From Setoptus koraiensis (Eukaryota > Animalia > Arthropoda), in contig CM106586.1 of NCBI GenBank assembly GCA_048013815.1, positions 3,348,001 through 3,412,000 of the forward strand: 64,000 bases of DNA, in the 5' to 3' direction. The notes beneath the pieces were generated by a model. The model was not told the origin of the DNA, did not search any database, and saw only the letters and a list, made by a program, of their open reading frames with translations. The translations under genes and the position numbers were made by a program. Every line of letters begins with the position of its first letter. The first letter of the stretch is position 1. Below, piece after piece: positions 46,147 to 57,000 of this stretch.

Positions 46147-47175
46147 ATGCAGCCACCAATTGTTACTGTTGGTTGCCGTTTGTTGTTACTTTTTGCAGTG
46201 AATTTATTGTTGGCTGGAGTCAACGGGAACCCCATTGTTTACAGCAGCAACAACGACGACGGTTTCGAGACAACGATTCAATTGATAGGCTTCTATCAGA
46301 CGGAGTTTGCACAATTGAAAGAGGAACTTGCAAAGAGCCAAGCCGACAGCCTGGAGCGATTGCTCTTGATTAGAAGCGGCGACTTCGGGAATCCCGACGA
46401 CCACACCGTGATGCGAGTCAGAGAGCTAGACTTTGTGCTCAGTCATTTGGCGGAATACATCCAATTAATGGCCTCCATAAAGGCCTTCGAGCCATGCGAG
46501 GAGACCGGACAACAACTTGAGCTAATTCACAAATTGGCCGGCGCAAGTCAACAATCTTTGCTGCTGACACTATTGTTCGACACGTTCATCATTGATTTGC
46601 ATAAAAAGTGCATTGTACGCAAGGTCAATGAGCAAATATTCAAGCCGGCCTCAATTGTGCAACAATTTGTCGAGATCTACACGGATGCACCCATGTCGCT
46701 GACATCGAAATCTCACTCAATCGAGCATACTCGCCTAGTGAACACGCTGGCGAATTGGGGCCTGTCTTCGGCAGGCAACGAGCAGGCACTGCTGATGAAC
46801 GCTCTGAATAATCACGGTTCTTTGGAGCAAGTTTCACAGCTCATCATCGACGACTTGGCTGCCTTCAATCCGGCAGCCCAGGATGGTCTAGATCTCAATA
46901 TGGAACAAGCGCCAGTGCTATTCGATTTAAATCAGAGCGCGCCAGCATCCTGGGCGGACGAATTCCATCAAGAGCCCAATAGGGTCATAAGATTCAAGAA
47001 ATCGTGTTTACATTACAACGACATGCTGTCGCAGGTTTGGACATCGGTGGAGCAATTGGCGCAAGTGGCCAGCACGATGGGTAACGGTGTTGCAGTTTTC
47101 AATAGCCAGTTTGTGGCCAGTTATTTGCCCTTCAGATACGCCTACATATGCCAGCTACTAAGCCGGGCCCCATGA
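46147..47175 (+). CDS. Orphan secreted helical protein, 342 aa, single exon
   Basis: ATG-initiated; hydrophobic signal RLLLLFAVNLLLAGVNG; normal-complexity sequence with four mature-region cysteines. No recognised domain. Confidence 0.85.
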   Translation: MQPPIVTVGCRLLLLFAVNLLLAGVNGNPIVYSSNNDDGFETTIQLIGFYQTEFAQLKEELAKSQADSLERLLLIRSGDFGNPDDHTVMRVRELDFVLSHLAEYIQLMASIKAFEPCEETGQQLELIHKLAGASQQSLLLTLLFDTFIIDLHKKCIVRKVNEQIFKPASIVQQFVEIYTDAPMSLTSKSHSIEHTRLVNTLANWGLSSAGNEQALLMNALNNHGSLEQVSQLIIDDLAAFNPAAQDGLDLNMEQAPVLFDLNQSAPASWADEFHQEPNRVIRFKKSCLHYNDMLSQVWTSVEQLAQVASTMGNGVAVFNSQFVASYLPFRYAYICQLLSRAP

Positions 47176-48372
47176 AGTCACACAAGTTGTGAGATTGTTA
47201 CATAAATTATCTGACGAAAATAATTTGTGAGATGCACAAATAAAGTCTCTAGATCGAACAACGACGCAATCGGCTGGTTGTCTGAAAGTTTATTTTTGCT
47301 ACGCGATTAAGGGTAAGGATTGTATTTCTGGCGATTTTATCAAGTAAATCAGTTGTCGTTGCGACCAAACAATTATGATATTGTGAATAATGAACATGTG
47401 AAGATGATGAAACAAGATTAGCATCACATTACGACTATCGATATTTCCACATCGTAGGGAGGTTGTTAACGTACAATCCCCTTCATCTGCAGGCTGCTTT
47501 CTTGTCACAGATATGACAGAGTAAACAGTCGTCGATTTATTTTTGTGTCAACAGGTAGCCCAACAACCGGTTGGTCTTGATCGTCGGGTGCACATAGGTA
47601 AAAATAAGAGAGCATTACGCTACCGAATATCCGGCCACCTCAACGCTAGTGTAATTCGACTCCTAATTATCACTTCTCGTACGCTGATCTCTAAACGACG
47701 ACCGCTTCGGAGTCACTCGATCACCTCAAGACTGATGGATGTTGTTCGAAGAATAATCTTCATAGAATATGACCACTATTGCCAGGGCGTCATCTAATTT
47801 AGAATCTGTAAGAATTTCAATGATGCAATAAGAAATTTCACCGAGATTTAAGATAGAGATAATTATAGGATTGCATGGGCTGCTCACGAGTCCTTGCAGA
47901 GACTCCGTATCAGTAATTTAGATCATCGCTGATATTTTGAGCATCTCTGATCAAATGTTGATTATTTATTATATGATCTTGCGCTAGCTAAACAGAAGGC
48001 CTTCGAATGGTGTCGAGATGTATGCCGGAACAGGCGAGCCAATCCCTCGGTCGTTCCTTTGAGTTCTTCATGCTCGTTTGTGAGCGTCACAGAGATATCC
48101 TGCAAGGTTGCATCTTCTACCAGTGGTTGAGTGGATTTTTTCGGGGCTCTTAAGCGACTTGAATATCGGTGACCATTCTCGAAAATTTAACGATTTACAC
48201 TATCCCGTCTCTGACCTGGAATACGACTGAATTTGTGCCAGCATCGTTCGTTGATACAGAGGTTCGCACTTTGTTGGCCAGGTAGCGGAGGATAGTTTCA
48301 ATTTTCTCTCTGTGATTGCACCCTCCCGCAGCGGAATCGGATTGAGTCGTTACAATATAGTCCAATAAGGAA

Positions 48373-50550
48373 TTAGAACATTGTTCTAATATCACCTGGC
48401 GAACATTCTTGAAAGTGTAAGTGATTGCCCACAATTTCATATAAACACAATTTGTTTGACTTTGCCATCCTCGAGCTAGTTGTTGGACGATGAATGAGAC
48501 CATTTGGAAACCATTAGAAATCTATGAAACTCTGTTTATTGTCTTCATAAACCCATTCAGTGATAGAACACTCACTTGCCGCAAATAACTCACCTGGTCA
48601 AAGCGTCACTCCTGTATTCGATGTGGATTTCGGAATGATGTACGAGAGTTACAATGCCAGAGGGTGGATTGGGAACTTGCATCTTTACCGATATTATCCT
48701 ATCGGGGGTGTTTGTTTCTATGAGGCCCGTGTAGTGATAATATTGCTCATTGTTGGCGTCGTCGTTGACAATTTTCGGTCGCCGCTGTGACCTGTGAATT
48801 TTTATAGTCATCTTATACTTGAAGCTGACCACAGAAGCTTCAAAGTTTTCGCCGATATCGCTTAGACTGTAAAGATTGAGTTGAGCAACGTGAAGACAGT
48901 ACGGCGCTGATGGCGTAGTTGTGGCATAATAAGTAACAGGAGTATCGGGCGATTTGGCCCAGTGATATCTGGCCGAATCTGTCAAACTTGTCTTTGGTTG
49001 ACCTGACATCGGATGATGCCAAAACAAGAGGCAATTATTCTGGCCGTTCCCCAACGATGTCCATTCTGAACAAGCCGGACAGTCGCCCCTAATGAATTGG
49101 TCATAATCGTCACATTGGAAGGCCATCATTTGACAGCTTTTGTCCACATTGTAGAGCAATCTCAGAACGCATTCGCAATGTGATTCCATGGCGTTTTTCG
49201 CACCTAGAGTTTAGTTGTGCAGTGGAATGGAGAAATTGAATCGTGCTTAGTCTGGACGATCTCATTAAGGTGCGATAGAATATAATAGGTAGATAATAAT
49301 TTGCCAAGTTGGGCGAACAGAGAAGAAATACCTGGCTGATGAATGCCATTGTTGAGGATAATATTGTTATGAGCAAATTTTTTTTCCGTTCCGAAGCCGC
49401 CCATGTTCGAATGAATAACGTCCACTCTGTGAGCGTCCGAAATGTCCAATCGCTCGCTCGCGTCCAGACCCTCGAAACACGGTCCGGCGGGGTCTGATTG
49501 GGACAATCGATCGAGACAACGAATTAATCAACTGTATCGGAGCATAACATGATAGGGAAAAACAGTATTTGTATGCGAAACCTACCCAGTGCTGTTATGA
49601 ATCCAATCTGGAGTTTGTCGTCCGTCAGACGTCTCACTGTCTTTCCCGCAAAACCTGCCACATGAGCTCCTGACGTGTCGTTTGAATCATTGCATAAATA
49701 TTAAATTAATAATAAATTTAATTAATATAAATTTGTATCGCAAGAGCGGGGGAAATTCGCCATCATCATCTATTCGTCTCATCAAAGTGCCGCAAAAACT
49801 TACCTATACTGTGGCCGATCACGTGCAGCCCAGTCAAATCTATGGGCTCCCGGGAAAATTCTGCGAGACGCACCAGGAAGGTCCCAAAGTGATTGCCGAT
49901 CAATTTTGTCGAAGCTCGCAACACGTTGTATGCCATCACCATTCCGTTGGCGGATATAAAATCGATGTGATCATATGAATAAACGAAAATATTGTAGTCA
50001 ACTGAAGCCTTGAATTGCTCATATCCGAAATCGGGGTCGTTGTCTATCGCATCCGCGACCTCTTTGTTATCGGCATAAATGGGCCTGATGGTCAGTGCTT
50101 GCAACAGTTTGTCGATCCAATTTTCCTCGTTGTCCTTCATTGGCCAGCTATTATAAAATCCGTGTATAATTACCTTGGTGGGCAAGCTTGGATCAAAGTG
50201 CTCCAATAGCGATTGCAAATCATCACTGTTATAATTATTGGAAATGGGCCCAATCATTGATTTAATCATTTTCGGGTAGCCATCCTCGCCGGGTCTCAAG
50301 CGAAGCAATCGAATCTCTGGATTTAGCAGATCGATATCCAGTGGCTCGCGTATATCTTGGCAGACGTTTCCTTGTTTGGCTCTACCAGCTACAGAGGTAG
50401 ATAGAGAGTGATTATTACTCAATGTGGCACAACTTTTTGTCGACGACAGCACAACAACCAGACCAATGACGGGACATACTTACTCCAATAGATGGCCACC
50501 ACAAAGGAGAACACTTTGAAAAAGTCCACCAAATCTTGGGTGCTCGGCAT
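48373..50550 (-). CDS. Secreted pancreatic-lipase-family lipase, 536 aa, 6 exons
   Basis: Exons 50550-50484, 50388-49804, 49669-49586, 49493-49332, 49203-48594, 48475-48373 (1611 nt). All introns are GT..AG with consistent phases (1,1,1,1,2). Spliced motifs: TKVIIHGF, HVIGHSIG|AHVAGFAG, ITAL|DPAGPCF, DAHRVDVIHSN, QPG|AKNAMESH, CQMMAFQCDDYDQFIRGDC, PYC, SNKLC. Confidence 0.9.
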
Positions 50551-50775
50551 AATTGACGGAAGACACCTAATATGTGCGACCCATGTATAGAGATTGAGCA
50601 AAATTTTATAGAGCAACTGTCTACGCAAAGAGCTTTGCGTAAAAATTTCATTTCGCTCTGTTTTGTTTGTCAAGCCGCAGGAGCGAGTGCGGATCAAAAG
50701 CAATGTTGATGGATTTTTCCTAAATATACTCATGAATCCTATGAATATCACAGTGCCACTTCTATATTTCTACAG

Positions 50776-50960
50776 AGTCCCAGCTATCCGACGTATTGAA
50801 TGGCGACTGCAGATGAGTACGACATTGCGATCTATAATTAGAATATTCACGGACAGATTCTTTGATTCGCCACACAAATCTATCGACACTGTATTTTGAT
50901 CGGCGTCGCCGTCAAACCATCATGAATTTTCAATCGAAAAACTATCCCGAATACATCGAA
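50776..50960 (+). pseudogene. Degenerate copy of the 62910-63123 segment (possible pseudo-exon)
   Basis: Starts at a ttctacag acceptor; shares ttgaatggcgac, ttgcgatctataattagaa, gacactgtatttt and atacatcgaa blocks; frameshifted and stopped relative to the other copy. Confidence 0.45.
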
Positions 50961-51018
50961 ATTCATGCCGGTTGAATGGACACGTTTGTATGGTTGTGTA
51001 ACATCATTTTAATTAACA

Positions 51019-54000
51019 TCATAATACATATACATATTTAGATGGACTTCGCCAGTGTTCTGCGCTCGACATGAATCTATTTAACAATTTGCTTTTGGTT
51101 CTGCTGAAAGTTGACTGTAAGTCTATGATCGGTTTGCTCGGCTCCTTTTGGACGGGCTGTTGCTGCAATTGCGTCGGTGACTGTTGATGTGGTGGCTGTT
51201 GTTGTGGCTGTTGTTGTTGCTGCTGTTGTTGCTGCTGTTGTTGTGGCTGTTGTTGCGGTGGTTGTTGTGGTTGTTGTGATTGCACGGGGGCTTGTGCTGG
51301 GTCGAAGTGTTTCTCCAATTGCTGGACGTAACTGTTGTTCCTATTCGTTGGTGGCGTTTGCTGCTGCTGCTGCAATTGATTAGAGATCGAGCTTCTCTTC
51401 AGGCGCGAGAAGAGTAGTTTTTTCCAGGGCGCCGCCGGCTGCTGGGCCCCGACAATGGCCGGATTGAAGATGGGATTGTTCAGGAGAGTTGTGCCCCCGT
51501 ACAATATAAATGGCCACGTTTTCGACACGATCGTTCTGAACGAGGGCATTTTGTCGTATTTAGACGACCTGTGATCTTTTGTTTTGTCCTGCTGGCCGCC
51601 ACTGGTGGTCGCGACGTTCTTCGCTGGCTCCGATTTAATTTTAAGCTTCGATTTGGACCATACGTGGTGATTCTTTCTCTTTTTGCCCTTTTTTCTGTCT
51701 GCTAACGCCTGCACGGAGGGCGCCGGCGAGCTCTTCATGGATCTGTCTATCAATTCTGTGTTTCCAAAATGCTGACTGTATCTTGTGGTGGACGGACTTG
51801 CGTAATAGTGGTCAGTGTGGTCGTGCTGGTGCTGTTGTTGTTGTTGTTGCTGTCCGACGAGCTCTTTCACCATTGTGTAAAGGAGTTTGTTTTCACTATC
51901 CAGGTTGTTGGGCACACTAGGGTCTTTTTGGACGTTTGTCAGGGGCACCAAAACGGGCCGCACTGAGCGCTTGTTGCTCGGGCTGTCAACAAACGTGTAC
52001 GACGCGGATTGCGAACCGGAACCGCCAAACAACCGCTTGCCCGTTCGAGAGGCCAGCTCGGCCAGGCTCAATTTTGCCACGCTCGGCTTGCGTACCCTTT
52101 TGCCCGAGTGCCCCAGTCCGGCCCATGAGCCGGGCCGGTACACATTGTGATGGTACAGTTCAGAGGCGGACGTTGACAGGTGCCGTATGGGCGATACCTT
52201 TTTGAATGGTTTCTTCATCGCTGATGACGATTCTAGAATGTGAGATCGGGGCTGATGATTGTTGCCCAATATGATGGACGATATGAACGACTCAACTGCG
52301 GGCAAATCGCTCGAGGCCACTTGGTCCTCGTCGTCGTCGTCGTCGTCGTCGGAGGCGCCCGACGAGGTCAGTGTGTCTATCACTGACTCCAGGGGCGATA
52401 TAAACGACGACTGATACTTGTTGGGGTTCCTGTGCCTACCGCCGGCCGGATGAGCGGCCGCCGGGTAATTGTCGTAGCCGGCGCTGCTGGAGTCCGCCAA
52501 CGGCCTGAGCTCCATCAGTGCGCCGGCGATCGCCGGATAATGATTCTTTTTTATCACGGGCCTCAGGTGAGATGCGTCGCTTGCGTAATAATGATGATGA
52601 TTTTTGGCGTTGTGTGACTTGTGATGATGCTGTTGGCCAGTGTGCGCTATGTAAGACGGGATGGACATGCTGCCGGCCGCGCCGTCGTTCAGGTCGTTCA
52701 TTATGTATTCGGACAGGTCGGCGGGCAGCGACAACTTGTAGTGCAGGTCCGAGGGTGAGGCCGAATTGAGTGATTGGCCCGGTTTGTTCGGGCCGGTGGA
52801 TGTGCCACCGTCCAGACTAGTAGGGCCGCCCGTGGACGAGGCGCTGCCAGCCGCAGCACTGTTGGCGTGGCCACTGGACGAGGACGCGCCGCTTCCGGTT
52901 GCGCCGTTGGAGTGGGCGCCGCTGCTGGACGACGGGTCACTGCTGGAGGAGCCACTTTGAGAGTTTGAATCGGCATCGTTGCTGTTGCTCTTGCCACTGC
53001 CATTGTTGTCGCCGTAGTCGTTGCCGGACGAGCCGCTCACCGGCGTCTCGTAAATGGCAACGGGCACCCGAATGTACTTCACCTTGAGGCGCGTTTGGGG
53101 CCTCTTTTGAGCCGTTAGCTCGGTGAAGTCTTTGAGGCGATTGTTGCCCGTGAACAGATAGTTTTTGTCGCGCCACAAATTGGCGTTAATGAGATTCTTC
53201 CAGCTCAACAATGGACTGGGCGACGCGTTTGACGTTGTTGTTGTCACACTGAGCCCCGTTGGCGCATTCTGGCTGGCCACCGCGGCGCCCGAATTGGCGC
53301 CGCTAGTCAACGAACTTATGACGTTGGCCAGCGCCAGGGCGGGCGAGCTGTCCAAACCGGAACTGGACACCATTTCGTCCACTAGCGAGGCCAGGCCGGT
53401 CAGGCTGACCAGATTCTCGGTGGCCTGTTGAATGTGATTTATGGCCGACGCGGATGTCGGCGGCGGCCTGCTGCTCACTAGCTGCTGTTGGTTGTTGTTG
53501 TTGTTGTTGTTGTTATTGTTGTTGGCATTGGATTGGCTCTGCTGGTTGTTGTTGTTGTCGTTGGCGCTGTGCGTCGTTTGGGTAACTATCGGTTGCAACA
53601 CACTGGCCGGGTATAGTAGAGCGGGTGGCACGGGCAGCGGCGCCGCGCCGCCAATGTGATATATCGCGGGCGCCGGCGGCAGGGGTATGCGAATATGCGC
53701 GGGTGCCGCCGACAGGTGAACGTGATGATGCGGGGGCACGGGATACGGGCCGCCGGCCGACACGGAGCTGGCCGGCGAGCTGCTGCTAGCGTCGTAGTGA
53801 TGAATGATCCGGATGGCGGGCGAAGCCATCATGTAGCCGTTTGGCCGGCCCGTGTAGTAGGCGTGCTTGAGCCGGGCCCTAATGAGGGGCGAAATTATCG
53901 CTTGTTTGCCCAAATGAACAACGGGCCTCAGTTTGCTGGCCATGGTGCTGAAGGTGCCGCCCGCAGTGAGCGCGCCGCCGCCCGGTGCGGGTATTCGTAT

Positions 54001-57000
54001 CAGGTAGGCGGGTGCCGAGTTGAGCGGCAGCATGTTGAGCGCAGTGAAGGGGGCCGTGGGCGAGCTATCGTGACTGTCCAGTGCTTGTTGCTGTTGTTGT
54101 TGGCCATTCTCCTGGGTGGCGAGCGCGTCGCTGCCGGCGCTCACATGATGGTGATGATAGGCGGGCGACAGGTGCGACGCCCCGGAGCCCAAATATGAGG
54201 GCGGCCGCAGCAGCGCTTCGGGGTAGGGCGCACCCGGTATTCGGGCCGGGTGGTAGAGCGGTAGCGCCCCTGTCGGGAGAGGCAGCACGGGCAAGGGCAC
54301 CTTGGCGGCTTGTATCAACGACAGGGCGGCCGGCGTTCCGTAGTGATGGTGAATGACAGTGGTGCCCGGATATTTGCCACTGTGAGCGGTGCTGAACAGT
54401 CTGTTTGCGCCGTGGGTGTGGCTCAGAATGGCGGGCGCCATGATGGACGGGTACCCGAAGGGCAGACTGGCCGGTTGGGCACCGCTGGCGGGCATACCGT
54501 GACTTAGGAGATTCTCTTGGAGCAATTGTTTCTCCAGCCAGGCGGGAATGTGACCGTGCTGCTGCTCCAGTTCGCCGTTGTTGTCAATCTTTTGTTTGTC
54601 GGGTGCGTCCGCGGCGGCGGCCTCGCTGCTGTCCTCGTTCGACGAGGCAAGCATCTGATCCGGCCCGGCCGACGGGTCAGCGGTTCCGTTGGCGTAGCGC
54701 GTACCCTGCGCTGGCTGCTTCTCTTTGCGGTCCTGTTTCTGTCGCTGCTGGTGCCCGTCGATACTGTAATAATAACCGTCCGACGTGGGGTCCGACGCTG
54801 GGTCGTTGTGATTGTGAGGAGGCGTGCCTTTAGCAGAGTCCGAGGAGGGTGCTGCGCCGGCCGCGGCGTTGGCCATTTTGTAGCGGGTGTTTCGCATGGT
54901 GCTGGCCGCCGCCGCCGACTGACCCAATGTGCCCAGTGCGGTCAGGTAGGCGCCCGATTGTGACCAAGGCACGAGCATCTTGTGCGAGTCAAGCACGGGT
55001 ATTATGCGGTCTTGCAGTATTTCCCGTTGAACGCTCTCCGGCAGCGCCAACAATTGCGCCTCATTCACGGGCCCCTGGTCCTTGAATTGGAGCCCGATGG
55101 GCCAGCCAGACGGCTCGTGATGCAGAGGCTGGTGCTGGTTTCCGGTTGCCCCGGGCTGCCCCCTGTGCCGGTAAATGGAGCCCCTGCCTGTGGGCACAAA
55201 CGGGGCGGCGTGGGTGTGGTGAGCGGCCGAATTTGCTGCCAAATGGGCCACATAGGCGCTCATGTCCTCGTCTGAGTAGGGCCTGTGAAACGACGATCCG
55301 TTTATATACTGGGGCTTGTCAGAATAATCCGTTGTTGTTGATGCGGCGGTAGTTGTGGTAGTGGTGGTAGTTGCGGGCGTTGTTGTGCTGCTGCTGCCGC
55401 CTGGCGGCCCGGTGGTTGTGGCCTCAGTGGCCTGCACCTGAGCACCTGTCGTTGTCATGGGAGTCGTTGTAGAGGTCGCTGCGGGCGCCGGCGTGGGCGC
55501 AAATATCTGAATGGGCGCCTGTGTGGAGGCCATGTACGCCATCGGTTGTTGCTGTTGCTGTTGATGTTGCTGTAGTTGCTGTTGATGTTGCTGGAGTTGT
55601 TGCTGGAATTGTTGCAGTTGCAGTTGTTGCAGTTGTTGTTGTTGCTGCTGGTGCTGCTGCAGCATCAGCTGCTGGCCCGCCGATGTCGCCCCATTGGAGG
55701 CGGCCATCAGGTAGGGTCGATGATTGTAGGCGAACAGCATGTCGTTGCGCAATTGTTGCGCCAGCGTCGACAGTCCGGCCGACGACAGAGTGGCCCCAAT
55801 GGGCAGCTTGGCGCCCGTCGTCGTTGGTGCGGCCGCTGCGCCCGTTGGCGTTGTTGTTGTTGGGCGCGGCAGGTCGCTCGCCTGAAACAACGAGCCGGGA
55901 TGGTGGCCGCCTCTGTAGGCGCCATTGGACAAGTAGTGGCCGGCCAGGTAGTTGGTCGGGCGCCACGGAGCGGGGGGCGCCGGCACGAACATCGGGTAGT
56001 GGCCAATGAGGTGATGCAGGGCGGCCCCGTCGAGCATGGGCGGATACTTGGACTGTTGCTGTTGCTGTTGTGCATACGAATTCAACAGTTGGCTTGTCGT
56101 GGCGGCCGGCGAGCCCGATGCGGCGGTGGCGGCGCCGCCCGCGCCGCTCAAGAACTGCTGCAAATGGGCGGGCACGGGCAGCTTTATCTGGTGACCCAAA
56201 TGATTGATTATGTGGTACTGGCTGTTAACGACGCTGGGCGCATTCAGGGCGGCCCACTGAGCGCCGTTGGTCGTTTGTTTGGCGGGTCCCGCCGCGGGCG
56301 CCCTCGAAGCGGCGTGTGCCGACGGGCCGCCGTTGTTGTTGTTGTTGGCGTTGTTGTTGTTGCCGTTGTTGTTGTTGTTGTTGCCGTTGAGCTTCGCTGA
56401 GGGCGTCTCGTCGCCGAAGATCTGATCGTCGAATTGGGGGTACTGGTGGTGCCGGTTGTTGTTGTTGGACAGGTCCACCTGGTGGCTGTTGGGCCAGCCG
56501 CCGGCCGCTATCAGCTTGATGTCGTTGAGCATCTGCTGGGTGGCCTGCTCCGAGCCGCTCATGAGCGGGGGCGACGAGGTTGTTGTTGTGGTGGTTGTGG
56601 AGGTGGTGGGCGCCGCAAGCCCGTACGTCTTGCCGTACAGGCTATTGTAAATGAATTGGGGCCTGCGCTGGAACAGGTGAGGCGCCAGAAAGTAGGCCTG
56701 GCCGAGGGCCAGCGACTGGTTGTTGAGCTGTTGTTGTTGCTGCTGTTGCTGATTGAACAACTGCTGGTGCAGCATTGAGGCGCTCATTTGATACGGATTC
56801 GACTGCTGATCGGCTTGCGACGTCCTGTTAGTGGTGCTGCTGCTGGCGTGATTATCCGGATTATTGTTGTTGTTGTTGTTGCTGCTGTTGAGCAGGCGAA
56901 ACAATTGGGGCGACTCCGCCGGCGACGAGTACGCCGACAGCGGGGTCCGTTCGTGTTTCAGTTGGTGCATCAGCAGCGGACTCATAGAGTGGCCCGCCAA

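Noticed and set aside
47726-48186. Two ATG-less open frames (75 and 64 codons) on the minus strand downstream of lipase 2
   Set aside because: No start codon, no convincing splice path or homology; this length is reachable by chance.
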